A stretch of DNA of 63,855 nucleotides, counting the filler, from Octopus bimaculoides (Eukaryota): assembly GCF_001194135.2 (NCBI RefSeq). It is 5 parts of 4 records of this genome, joined end to end, with 100 filler letters (N's around TTAATTAATTAA, not from the genome) between each part and the next. Parts side by side here need not be neighbours in the genome. Positions count along the whole stretch, not along the records: positions 1 to 27,531 come from NC_068983.1; positions 27,632 to 43,913 come from NC_069006.1; 3 more parts are not named here. One strand, 5' to 3'. The notes under the pieces were generated by a model. That model did not search any database and was not told the origin of the DNA. It was given only the letters and a program-made list of their open reading frames with translations. This document shows positions 24,066-37,164 of the stretch, one piece after another (within the stretch, counting starts at the first letter, position 1; each line of letters opens with the position of its first letter). The position numbers and the translations under genes were made by a program.

Positions 24066-27000
24066 GAGTATATATAATTTTCTGTTTAAACACACACACA
24101 CGCACACACACATGCACAAACATACACTCCCGCAAACACACACATACGCATACGTACACACGCAGACACACTCACACATATATGCATATATATACGTATA
24201 CATATATACTCTTATGTAAAATTTATTAAATGATTTCACTGTACCCAAAGGGCATGAACTGATGATTAAAATGATGATCATGATCATCATCATTGTCTTC
24301 ATCACGATCATTACTATCCTATTCGTAAACAACATTTTAACCACCTCTCTCATGATATTTCTATCAAACCCTTCAGCGGTTTACTCACTGTTGTTACTGT
24401 GTGTTCAATGAATTTGTATTAACCATCTTAAAATTACACTTTCTGTGTATTTTTAATCTGACTTTTATACTGTTATTCGTGTTTTCCCCTTAGCAGTTCT
24501 AAAGCAAAAAGACATAGGAATAGAATAAATAAAAAAAGATCTAATTTCTTTTTATACAGCCCCAAGAGGATTTCGATTCAAAATTTCCATGATGTCGTGA
24601 TATGTAGTTACCTATTTATCTTAGTGGGAATTCTTAAGGCGCGTATCTATTTCTTGCAACATTTCCCATTTGGAGCTTCCTGACACATGTGGTATCCTAA
24701 ACATTTTCCATCAGTTTTCATGCATTTCTCAGAGTTTCTATTTTAGCATGTATTGTTGATTATCAAATGAAAATATTTCCCTTAAATTTGTCGTTCGAAT
24801 AACATATGTAGAATGCCTTTTGCTGTGCTATTTTTACCGCAAGTTATCGCTTTTATAATGTATATGATTTATGCATTATCAGTAAATTTTTAGTTTCTTT
24901 GTTTTCTCTGTTTATAATAACGGATTAAACATTAAAATTTTCATCTTTAAAAGTTTTCTTGTGAATTTCTATCTAATGTTAGCTATTGAAATGTTAGATA
25001 ACATTTTTAAGCTCTTTGAAATGTGTGATAGATAAACTATATCTCTGGTATTATGAAAGGCACAAAAGTTCGTTTAACTTATTATGCCAAAACGACTCTA
25101 ATATTAACAGAGGACGACTCTGTTATCATAGACATTAGATCAACACTATTAACACAGGAAGACATTAATAGAAGATAATCTATGACCAGATTTTAAAACC
25201 ATACAGAGCATGATATCCGTCCATCTGAAGCTCAACTAGTTATGCGATATCATGTATGTGAAGATATATTCAGCACCGACTACCTGAAACGAAATATTCT
25301 GACCCTTCTAGAGATTGGCATGTGCACGGGCATAGAAGCTGGATTTACAAAATATTTCTGTTTAGGGAAGTTTAACATAGTAAAATTTTCTGGACCGTAA
25401 ATTTGCCATATGTCTTAGAAAAAAGCAGTGCCTAGACTATTGTTTATTTTGAATTAATTTTGTTTAAGGAGTCTTCTAATGCAGTTAAAGTCTAATTGCA
25501 ATTCAATGGATTTTGTTTTTTTAAATATCGCGCAAACATAAGAGTGGGTAATTCAAAATGGAGAAAGCATGATTGTTTTTAGCTTTTGTTTTTTCAAGGA
25601 AAAAATGAATAGTGCATCATTCGGATATCAATGTTTAACAAAACTCTTCACATAAAATGTTTGATATACTTTGAAAGGACTTCCCCAACAGTTTCTGGGG
25701 AATAGTAAGTTCCCTGCATACAAAAATATATCTGAGAAAATCCTTGTACGATAATGCGTTCAGTGTCTACAAATTGCACGCGTCTTAAATTACCATCAAA
25801 TTATTTTCTAATGAAACTTTGGGGAATTAACTATGAGCAAGGTGAATGATGCTTCTATGATATTAAAGCAACACAACCAGGAAACCTAGGATTTCCAATT
25901 ACACATACATCTAACTTCATCTGTGATACAAAACAGTAGTTTTAGTCTAATTATGTATAAAATATTCAAGTGAATGTTGTGTAATTCAAGTCAAGCCATA
26001 ACGAAATTTTATAGAAAATGAATATATCTTAAACATTGATAAATTCAACATGATTGATTGCTGTCCTATCTCAAAAACTGTATTTTTAAATAAGGCTAAA
26101 TCATCTAAGAGTTCATAAATTTCACTCTGTTCGTTATCGCAATTGAAGGTTGTCATGTATTATGAAATCAATACACATCTAACAATGAAGAATATCACAT
26201 TTTTAAGCCTATAATATACTCATAAAATCCTTGTGAAAACTGTTATTCAACGGACGTATCGTCTTGCTATGTTATGACTGAGGTAATATAATTAGATAAT
26301 CGAGTAATATGTGTTAACAATATATTTATTAATGATTTTAGCAGTGCTATTATTATTAATGTATGGAATGCATAAAAAAGAAGTATTTATTGTCCGATAC
26401 GATAATCTCTATGGAAAGTTAACATTTTTTTTTTGCAATGCAAAATGTAATTACCTAATTTCATTGAAAAGATCGGCGAGTGGTTCATGTACAATCAAAG
26501 TAATATTAAATGAAGATACGCATCATAAAACATCGCTTATCACTTACAAAAAATATAACATCATTTAATTTAAATTCAATTCTGATAGCAAATATGATGC
26601 AACACTGGCAGGTGTATTTGTGTTTGAAATGAGCTAAATGATGTAATTGAAATATGACAAATTCAGGAATTTACACAATTCGTTTTAAGGGAATGTAGTT
26701 AATATTGTAACCAACAACAGCGCAGATTTATTTGGAGAGAACAATCAAAATAAAACGAAAATTGTTATCGACTCTCAAATACATGGGTTCATTCTTTTCC
26801 AGAACGTCAAAATCTACAGATTTATAGAAAGGAGATTCAGTGCAGAAAGTTTTCCAGGCAAATGAGAACAACAGACACCAATATGGACATCTTGGACATC
26901 AAGAATCTACAGCTCAACGGAGATAGTAAATCGTTGTGTATAATTTTACACGCTGAAAATAATTTGCCAACACATTTTCGTGAATGAAATTTGTGTTATT

Positions 27001-27456
27001 AAAAATAAAATGGACGAGCGGAAGAAACAGGATTACACTGTCACGACTTCGGAAAATTACGTTAGATATGGCATACCGAATGTAGTACACAAAATATTCT
27101 TATTAATTCAAATTTCCATCGTCATTCGGAAAAATAAAACGATAAGAAAAGTTTAACACCAATTACTAGATACCCCTACAATAAAATGGGACACAAAATT
27201 TAAATAATTAACACTAGACACTTAAGTCATTTTAGCACTGAAATATCGAATATGACGCAATCTAGAAAACTTCAGTGCTTCCATGTATACCAAGAGGTGG
27301 AGAAGAGAAACGAAATGGAGTACTTTCTTGATGATACTTTACTTCGAGTTCACATGTACTATTAGATAAATTTATTTTCGGAGACGCAAACATCTAAAAC
27401 TGTGAAGGAACGTTGGTGTTCGTAAAAGAAAATCATCAGAATTGGTATTTTACTAT

Positions 27457-27531
<75 letters not shown>

Positions 27532-27575
27532 NNNNNNNNNNNNNNNNNNNNNNNNNNNNNNNNNNNNNNNNNNNN

Positions 27576-27587
27576 TTAATTAATTAA
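27576..27587. other. Artificial scaffold spacer TTAATTAATTAA (also at 43958-43969, 52577-52588, 62544-62555)
   Basis: Each copy is flanked by exactly 44 N on both sides (100 bp in total). The 12-mer has stops in all six frames. Confidence 0.95.
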
Positions 27588-27671
27588 NNNNNNNNNNNNN
27601 NNNNNNNNNNNNNNNNNNNNNNNNNNNNNNNCCATACCTTCGTTTTATTTGCTTTTTTCATTTTAAATTTG

Positions 27672-27717
27672 CCTTAACCCTAACCCTAACCCTAGGGTTA
27701 GGGTTAGGGTTAGGGTT
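27672..27717. repeat. Interstitial telomeric palindrome (CCCTAA)3-(TTAGGG)4
   Basis: taaccctaaccctaaccct|agggttagggttagggtta forms a perfect 38-bp palindrome at 27675-27712. Confidence 0.9.
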
Positions 27718-27959
27718 AATTGTTTCAGAATCGTTTGTTTATGTAGTCGGCACTTAATGTATATCGGCTGAATGGACGTCAGTGATTGGTTGAAATTACA
27801 GAAATACAACAACTTTCACATGGAATAACTTATGGATTTCTTTTTTTTTAAGAAGACTAAGAGAAAAAGATGTTTTATATGACACATTCTACCAGTGTTC
27901 CAAGTTTCAAAGTGTTTCGTTAATGAAAAATGTGGCCCCGTTTTAAAAAAGATCCCTCC

Positions 27960-28270
27960 GTTGGTTACAATGACAAAGATTCCAGTTGATCTGATCAGCT
28001 GAACAGTCTGCTCATGAAATTAACATGGAAGTGGCTGAGCACTCCACAGACACGTGTACATATAAAGTAGTTCTGAGGGAGATTCAGCATGACACAGAGT
28101 GTGACAAGGCTGGCCCCTTTGAATTACAGGTACAACTCATTTTGGCCAGCTGAGTGAACTGGAGCAATGTGAAATAAAGTGTCTTGCTCAAGGACACAAT
28201 GTGTCGTCGGGAATTGAACTCTCGACCTTACGATTGTGAGATAAATGCCCTAACCACTAAGCCATGCACC
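27960..28270 (-). mobile_element. tRNA-derived SINE (family D)
   Basis: Minus-strand head tggcttagtggttaggg..gagttcaattccc, then central domain tgtgtccttgagcaagacactt..ttgctccagttcactcagctgg. Confidence 0.8.
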
Positions 28271-28274
28271 TACG

Positions 28275-28334
<60 letters not shown>

Positions 28335-29288
28335 CACACACACATATACGCATCTATATATACACACACACACACACATACGCATCTATATATACATGTG
28401 TATGTATATATATGTATGTATGTATACATATGTATGTATGTATATATTTATATGTATGTATATATATATGTATCTATATATATATTTATATGTATGTATA
28501 TATATATATGTATCTATATATATATATATATATGTATCTATATATATATTATGTATAAATATATATATATATATATANNNNNNNNNNNNNNNNNNNNNNN
28601 NNNNNNNNNNNNNNNNNNNNNNNNNNNNNNNNNNNNNNNNNNNNNNNNNNNNNNNNNNNNNNNNNNNNNNNNNNNNNNNNNNNNNNNNNNNNNNNNNNNN
28701 NNNNNNNNNNNNNNNNNNNNNNNNNNNNNNNNNNNNNNNNNNNNNNNNNNNNNNNNNNNNNNNNNNNNNNNNNNNNNNNNNNNNNNNNNNNNNNNNNNNN
28801 NNNNNNNNNNNNNNNNNNNNNNNNNNNNNNNNNNNNNNNNNNNNNNNNNNNNNNNNNNNNNNNNNNNNNNNNNNNNNNNNNNNNNNNNNNNNNNNNNNNN
28901 NNNNNNNNNNNNNNNNNNNNNNNNNNNNNNNNNNNNNNNNNNNNNNNNNNNNNNNNNNNNNNNNNNNNNNNNNNNNNNNNNNNNNNNNNNNNNNNNNNNN
29001 NNNNNNNNNNNNNNNNNNNNNNNNNNNNNNNNNNNNNNNNNNNNNNNNNNNNNNNNNNNNNNNNNNNNNNNNNNNNNNNNNNNNNNNNNNNNNNNNNNNN
29101 NNNNNNNNNNNNNNNNNNNNNNNNNNNNNNNNNNNNNNNNNNNNNNNNNNNNNNNNNNNNNNNNNNNNNNNNNNNNNNNNNNNNNNNNNNNNNNNNNNNN
29201 NNNNNNNNNNNNNNNNNNNNNNNNNNNNNNNNNNNNNNNNNNNNNNNNNNNNNNNNNNNNNNNNNNNNNNNNNNNNNNNNNNNNNNNN

Positions 29289-29325
<37 letters not shown>

Positions 29326-29620
29326 CACACACACACACACACTTGAATACTACTTGAAGAATGTCTGGTTTCAACATTTTGTGTGTTCCATGGTTCTATA
29401 AAACCATTTCCAGCAGCTGCTGCTACCAGCACTTCACTAAGGAATCTGTTGCCAAATTCCTAAGAGTACCAAATAAATCAATGCTATCCGACTGGAAAAT
29501 TCCAAGTTGGCAGCATTTCTGGAAAACCTTAAACAACACAATGGAGTCACACAAAATTTTTGTTGCTGTTGTCGTCTCAATCAATTCTTCCTTTTATCTA
29601 TTTCTTTCTTTCATCTTTTA

Positions 29621-30172
29621 TCTTTTACTCATTTCAGTCATTGGACTGTGGCCATGCTGGGGCACCCCTTTGGAGGGTTTAGTTCAGTAGTTCCCAAACA
29701 TTTTCTGGCTGCCGCCTCCTTGGCACCCAGGCCACATTCCCAGCACCCCCACCACATTCCCAGCACCCCCACCTCACCCTACCCACCATAAATATAGACC
29801 ATTTTCTGCGGCAAATTCAAAACGACTGTATTTCACAAATTAAACTTAAACCTAATTAACCTATTAATATTTTTTCTTTTTACATCTATTGCCCCATTTT
29901 GGCCACCCCATTATCATCCCACTTTTCTTCAATGCACCCCCTGGATCTTTCCCCCCCCCCAAGGGAGGGGTAGTACTGCCCACTTTGTGAACCACTGGTT
30001 TAGTTAAAGAAACTGAATGTAGTACTTATGCTTTCCTTTGTTTTTTTCCTTGTATTTTAAAGCCTGGTAGTCTATTCTGTTGGTCCCTTTTACCAAACTG
30101 CTAAGTTACAGAGACATAAACAAACCAACACCAGTTGTCGAGTAGCGAGGGGACAAACACAAACACACACAT
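29621..30172 (-). mobile_element. SINE family B copy interrupted by a hAT MITE
   Basis: tttcagtcattggactgtggccatgctgg on the left continues on the right of the insert as aagcctggtagt..actgctaagttac..ggacaaacac. Confidence 0.75.
29685..29997. mobile_element. hAT-superfamily MITE, 313 bp, 8-bp TSD
   Basis: Ends cagtagttccc / gtgaaccactg. Identical 8-bp flanks GTTTAGTT at 29677-29684 and 29998-30005. Confidence 0.85.
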
Positions 30173-30367
30173 ATACAGGGATGGGTAATGACAGTTGCTT
30201 CTAATAGGACTCCATTGAAGAAATCCCCAGGGACTCTACCCTCATGGCTCTCCCAAGAATAGGGGTTGGAGAAGATAGATGTATATAATAGCTGGATTTA
30301 GCCAGTTTCAACATAAAACTGTAGAATATTTAGGTTGGATAAAACCAGTTTAAATGCTGAAAGATTA

Positions 30368-31250
30368 AGGGGGTGAGCTGGCAGAATCGTTAGTGCGCCA
30401 GGCAAAATGCTTAGAGGTATTTCGTCTGCCGTTACGTTCTGAGTTCAAATCACGCCAAGGTCGACTTTGCCTTTCATCCTTTCGGGGTCAATAAATAAAG
30501 TACCAGTTACGCACTGGGGTCGATGTAATCGACTTAATCCCTTTGTCTGTCCTTGTTTGTCCCCTCAATGTTTAGTCCCTTGTGGGCAATAAAAGAAATA
30601 AGAATCTTTAGTCCATTAGACAAAATGCTTGGCAGCATTTTTTCTGGCTCTGCATTCTGAGTTCAAATTCTGCTGAAGTCAATTGCCTTTCATCGCTTCA
30701 GGGTCAATAAGACAGAACCAGACAAGCACTTATTTTATTGACTAGTTCTCGCCCCACAAAATTACCAGTAGTAGATAGAATTAATATTATTATAATTATG
30801 AAGGCAGCACGCTGGCAGAAACGTTAGCATGCTGGGCAAAATGCTAAGTGGGATTTCGTCTGCCGTTATGTTCTGAGTTCAAATTCTACTGAGGTTGACT
30901 TTGCCTTTCATCCTTTCAGGGTCAATAAATTAAGTACCAGTTGAACACTGAGATTGATGTAATCAACTCATCCTCACCTCCCACAAGCTGCCCCTGTGGC
31001 AAAAATTTGAAATTATTATTATTATTATTAAAGGTGGAAAGCTGGCAGATTTAATCGACTGGTCCTTCCCCCAAAATTTCAGGCCTTGTGCCAAGAGTAG
31101 AAAAGCTATATTCTGAGTTCAAATTGTGCCATGGTTGACTTTGCTTTTCATCCTTTCGGGGTTGATAAATTAAGTACCAGTTGCATACTGAGCTCAATGT
31201 AATTGACTCATCTCCACCTGCCCCAAGCTGTCCCTGTGACAGAAATATGA
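30368..31250 (+). mobile_element. Four head-to-tail SINE family A copies
   Basis: Repeated gagctggcagaatcgttagc..ttctgagttcaaatt..gactttgcctttcatcc..taagtaccagtt units starting at about 30368, 30605, 30800 and 31031. Confidence 0.85.
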
Positions 31251-31739
31251 AACCCTAACCCTAACACCCACATAGAAGAGGGGAGAAACATCCTTCCCCC
31301 ACTGATAGCCTGTCCTCTGTAGGGAGTGAAAGGGTCAACTAAGTAAAGCTGGTACTAATACAGCCCTCCTTTCCCCCCTCTCTCTCTCCAGTTGTCACAT
31401 CCTTGATGTTTCATTATGCCAAGGTGTCTGTGTTTGTTAATGACTACATGTGCACACCAAAAAACAATTAGCAAAATCATGATACGAGTAACTGGGTCAT
31501 TCTTACTTCACTGATGGTTAAATGGGTCAGTAAATGAGGTCATGTGCCAGCAGACGAATTTATTGTTGGCTGTTAAGAACACACACACACATGATCTGTT
31601 AACATGATGAGAGTGAAAATTTATAGACCCAGCCCATCACCATTGCTAAGTTGGAACAATATAAATGATTAAAATATTTCTATGTACACATCATTCACAA
31701 TACACAAGTGCACACACACATACACACATACAAAAACAT

Positions 31740-32170
31740 TTCCAGGACACATACACACCAACAACGTGTACACACACACACGCACATTAACATCATGTAC
31801 ACACACACACATCAACATCATGTACACACACACACTAATATCACGTACACACACACACATTAACATCATGTACACAAACCCACTAATATCCCATACACAG
31901 ACACTAATATCACGTACACACACACACNNNNNNNNNNCACACACACATCAACATCATGTACACACACACACTAATATCACGTACACACACACACATTAAC
32001 ATCATGTACACAAACCCACTAATATCCCATACACAGACACTAATATCACGTACACACACACACACAACATCATGTACACACACACACAAATATCATGTAC
32101 ACACACATTAACATCATGTACACACACATACACATTAACATGTACACACGTACACATTAACATCATGCAC
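31740..32170. repeat. Complex (CA)-based minisatellite (ttaacatcatgtacac / ctaatatcacgtacac units)
   Basis: Alternating units are visible directly. About 125 bp are duplicated across the 10-N gap. Confidence 0.85.
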
Positions 32171-32401
32171 ACACATACATATATACACATAGGCAGTTTT
32201 ACACTATACACACACGCGATATATACATACACACATACACACCCCCAAATCCATTTACAATATATTATGTATTTGGACACACACACACACACACAATCTA
32301 TTACATGCTCATATACATACATCGACATACATACATCGACATACATACATTCATACATGCACACACATTTACAATATATAAATACATACACACACACACA
32401 C

Positions 32402-32438
<37 letters not shown>

Positions 32439-33283
32439 CNNNNNNNNNNNNNNNNNNNNNNNNNNNNNNNNNNNNNNNNNNNNNNNNNNNNNNNNNNNNN
32501 NNNNNNNNNNNNNNNNNNNNNNNNNNNNNNNNNNNNNNNNNNNNNNNNNNNNNNNNNNNNNNNNNNNNNNNNNNNNNNNNNNNNNNNNNNNNNNNNNNNN
32601 NNNNNNNNNNNNNNNNNNNNNNNNNNNNNNNNNNNNNNNNNNNNNNNNNNNNNNNNNNNNNNNNNNNNNNNNNNNNNNNNNNNNNNNNNNNNNNNNNNNN
32701 NNNNNNNNNNNNNNNNNNNNNNNNNNNNNNNNNNNNNNNNNNNNNNNNNNNNNNNNNNNNNNNNNNNNNNNNNNNNNNNNNNNNNNNNNNNNNNNNNNNN
32801 NNNNNNNNNNNNNNNNNNNNNNNNNNNNNNNNNNNNNNNNNNNNNNNNNNNNNNNNNNNNNNNNNNNNNNNNNNNNNNNNNNNNNNNNNNNNNNNNNNNN
32901 NNNNNNNNNNNNNNNNNNNNNNNNNNNNNNNNNNNNNNNNNNNNNNNNNNNNNNNNNNNNNNNNNNNNNNNNNNNNNNNNNNNNNNNNNNNNNNNNNNNN
33001 NNNNNNNNNNNNNNNNNNNNNNNNNNNNNNNNNNNNNNNNNNNNNNNNNNNNNNNNNNNNNNNNNGTGTATATATATGTTTCAGTCATTTGACTGCGGCC
33101 ATGCTGGAGCAGTGCTTTTAGTCGAACAAATCGACCCCCAGGGACCTATTCTTTGTAAGCCTAGTACTTATTCTATCAGTATCTGTTGCCGAACTGCTAA
33201 GTTACAGGGACGTAAACACCACCAACATCAGTTGTCAAGCGATGGTGGCGGGAAGGGGGGAAAACACACATACACACACACAA

Positions 33284-33324
<41 letters not shown>

Positions 33325-33877
33325 CACATACATACATACAACGGGCTTCTTTCAGTTTCCATCTACGAAATCCACTCAAGGCTTCAGTTGGCTCGAAGCT
33401 ATAGCAGAAGACGCTTGCCCGAGGTGCCACACAGTGGAACTGAACCCGGAACCGTGTGGTTGGTAAGCAAGCTACTTACCACACAGCCAAACAAAAACAA
33501 AAAAAAGAACAAAAGAAAAGAGAGACAAAAAACCCCTTCCGTATGAACACAGTTAATGAGCGAGTCAAGCCAATGGGTCAATTAGCTCTTCTAGTGACCA
33601 GTTCTGGTGCTAACGAGGAAGACGAGAAAGGAATACTCGTAACCAATTGGCCGTACAGCTTTTACGTTTTATCTCCTGTCTTGTTCCTTGCTTCAGTCAT
33701 TAGACTGCGGCCATGCTGGAGCCCTACCTGGAATAGTTATTAATTTGTTTTTTTAGTTGAACAAATTAACACCAGGGGCTTATTCTATCGTTTTGTTTTT
33801 TTTGTCAAACTGTTAAGTTACAGGTATTCAAACAAACCAACACCAGTTGTCAAGGGGTGGCGGGGGACAAACACAGC

Positions 33878-33912
<35 letters not shown>

Positions 33913-35324
33913 NNNNNNNNNNNNNNNNNNNNNNNNNNNNNNNNNNNNNNNNNNNNNNNNNNNNNNNNNNNNNNNNNNNNNNNNNNNNNNNNNNNNNNNN
34001 NNNNNNNNNNNNCACACACACACACACAAATATGTATATAACAAATCAACCTCAGGACCTTTTTCTTTTGAAGCCAAACCACTAAATTACAGGGACATAA
34101 ACAAACCAACACTGTTCATGAAGCGATGGTGGGAGGACAAACACAGACACAAAGACACACGCACAGACACATACACACACACGGGTTTCTTTCAGTTTCC
34201 GTCCACCATATCCAGTGACAAGGAATTGGTCAGTCCAAGGCTATGGTAGAAGACACTTTGCCCAAGTATGTTACAGTGTGGACTGGGTGCTTTTTACATG
34301 GCACTGGCACCAGCATGATCCGTTTTGGCATGGTTTTCACAGCTGAATGCCCTTCCAAATGCCAACCACTTTACAGTGTGGATGGAGTGCTACAAGAAAA
34401 ATCCTCTGACGGACTGTTATATCCTGCGATATGATGACGTATTTCATCATCTCTGCACGACTGGCCCGAACAGCGTACCTCGTTGACTGACATTACTGAC
34501 TGTATTAGTCCCACTATTCATATGTGCATATATGTGTGTGTGTGTTACTCTCCAGTTCTGATAAAGGGTAAAAACCCAGAAACCATGATTTACTGATCTT
34601 ACCAAGCTGGAGGGGAGGGATTCGCTCCCTTACTCACACTATATCGGACACAGGTTGTGTGTCATTAACCTGCTGGAAAAGATATTTTCCTCAGGACTTA
34701 TTCTTTGTAAGCCTCGTATTTCTTCTAATGGTCTCTTTTGCTGAACAGCTAAGTTATGGGGACCTAAACACACCAGTATCAATTGTCAAATGATGTTGGG
34801 GGGGGGGGGGACAAACATACACACACACACATGTAATAACATAGTTTTTTTATAAAACAGCCATGTATAGTGGCAAAAAAAAAACGTTACCATATACATA
34901 TTCTTTTATTCTTTTATTCTTTTATTCTTTTATTCTTTTACTTGTTTCAGTCATTTTGACTGTGGCCATGCTGGATCACTGCCTTAAAGAATTTCAAAAA
35001 AATTTTAGTCGAAGCAATCAACCCCTGGACTTATTCTTTGTAAGCCTGGTATTCATTCTATCGGTATCTTTTGCTGAACTGGTTGTCAAGCGACGTGGTG
35101 GGAGGGGGCAACAAACACAGACACAATCACAGAAATATATACATACAAACATTTATGTAGTTATATACGACAGGCTTCTTTCAGTTTTTGTCTACCAAAT
35201 CCACTCACAAGGCTTTGGTCGGCCCGAAGCTATAGTAGAAGACACTCACCCGAGGTGCCATGCAGTGGAACTGAACCCGGAATCATGTGGTTGGAAAGCA
35301 AGCTTCTTATTTCTTTATTTCCCA

Positions 35325-35540
35325 CATGGGGCTAAACATAGAGGGGACAAACAAGGACAGACAAAGGGATTAAGTTGATTACATCGACACCTGTGCATAA
35401 CTGGTACTTGATTTATCAACTCCGAAAGGATGAAAGGCAAAGTCGACCTCGGCGGAATTTGAACTCAGAATGTAACGGCAGACAAAATACTGCTAAGCAT
35501 TTCGCCCGGCGTGCTAACGTTTCTGCCAACTCGCCATCTT
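35325..35540 (-). mobile_element. SINE family A
   Basis: aaggcaaagtcgacctcggcggaatttgaactcagaa..gctaacgtttctgcc. Confidence 0.85.
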
Positions 35541-35719
35541 ACCACACAACCACATCTGCCTAAATAATATATATTTCTCCAACCCATGAAAAAAACAAAA
35601 AAAAAAAGCAACATAAAACAAACAAAGAAACACAAAACCACAGTCTATCACTATTATCATCATCATCATCGTCATCATCTCCCACTGGGATTTTCTTTTT
35701 TCCCCCATTTTCTAATCAG

Positions 35720-35839
35720 CGCCAATTGAATGCAAAAAGTCTGTATCGACTACTTCAAAGCCATTACATACAAAACGCTCCAAACAAACAAAACCTTGCC
35801 AAGTACTTGAATCGTTTACAAGTATCGACATTGCTTCAG
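35720..35839 (+). other. Candidate isolated 120-nt internal exon
   Basis: Long polypyrimidine tract followed by ctaatcag|C, donor CAG|gtaaac. Open in two frames. No recognised homology. Confidence 0.3.
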
Positions 35840-37164
35840 GTAAACGATCGACTCAACTGGTGGAAGACGATTGGTTTAACCTTGAATGTCTCTTAATGTC
35901 TCAAATGTCATTTTGTTCTCATTGTTGTTGTTGTTATTGTTGCTGTTGTTTAGCTCCAGGTTAATTTCAATCAAGCAGACATATGTCAAAAGACTTCCCC
36001 CTCTGCCCCATGGCCATTTTGTCATTTTGCATATCCAGGATTATACCATTATAACCTGAGGATTTTTTTTCTTATTATTTTTGTAAGATTTTTCAGTCAT
36101 CTGTTATGCAATATTTGCAGTTTTATACATTGGAGTGGCACTTCACCAGACTCGCATTAAAAGGTGTGATGTCACATTGTGCCACAGTCAAGTGTGTTAT
36201 GGTGCTTATATCAGGAAGAAACAACAAGGAAAAGAAATAAGAAAATAATGGTGAAATAGCAGACAAAACCATGGCGGTCATCATTGAAATCGGATTCTTT
36301 TATTTGCTTCATACATTTGACTGTGGCCATGCTGGAGCACCACCTTTAGTCGAACAAATCGACCCCAGGACTATTCTTTGTAAGACTAGTACTTATTCTA
36401 CCGGTCTCTTTTGCCGAACCACTAAGTCATGCGGACCTAAAAACACCACCATCGGTTGTCAAGTGATGTTGGGGAGGGGGACAAACACACAAACACACAC
36501 ACATATACACGATGTGCATCTTCCAGTTTCCATCTATCAAATCCACTCACAAGGCTTTGGTTGACCAAAGTCTGTAACAGAAGGTGCCATGCAGTGGGAC
36601 TGAACCTGGAACCATGTGGATCGGAAGCAAGCTTTTTACCACACAGCCACTCCTGCGCCTAATTGTTTATCTTTTACTTGTTTCAGTCATTAGACTGAGG
36701 CCATGCTGGGGCACCACCTTGAAGAATCTTGAGTTATATGAATCAATTGTGTACTTTTTTTTTTTAAGCTTGTTACTTATTCTATTGGTCTCTTTTGCTG
36801 AACTGCTAAGTTACGGGGGACATAAACATACCAACGCCAGTTGTCAAGTGAAGATGGAGGACAAACACAGATACAAAGACACACACACACATATCTATAC
36901 AACCGAAAGGCTTCTTTCAGTTTCCATCAACCAAATCCACTAACAAGGCCCTGGTTGGTTTGAGGCTATAGCAGAAGACACCCAAGATGCCACGCAATGG
37001 GATTGAACCTGAAACTATGTGGGTGGGAAGCAAACTTCTTACCACACAGCCAGATAAAGTCTCCCCACAATTCACAACTTTTTCACTGCTCCTGGCAACT
37101 GCTTCTTACTGACAAGCAGGTCTTTCTCCACTGCATCTTTCTTCAGTCAGTTACCACAATAATC

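Larger units (their letters stand above)
33078..37032 (-). mobile_element. Cluster of SINE family B copies, all minus orientation (about 33078-33489, 33691-34290, 34915-35305, 36295-36655, 36670-37032)
   Basis: Repeated gtttcagtcatttgactgcggccatgctgg..gactgaacccggaaccatgtggttggtaagcaag. The reverse complement has A box tggctgtgtggtaag and B box ggttcagtccc. Confidence 0.9.

Noticed and set aside
27672-27717. Chromosome end-to-end fusion scar
   Set aside because: A fusion gives TTAGGG then CCCTAA; this tract has the opposite order and is very short.
34558-34590. Hammerhead-like CUGAUAA-AGGG..CCC-A-GAAAC
   Set aside because: The core G8 is lost and no stem I or III can be formed.
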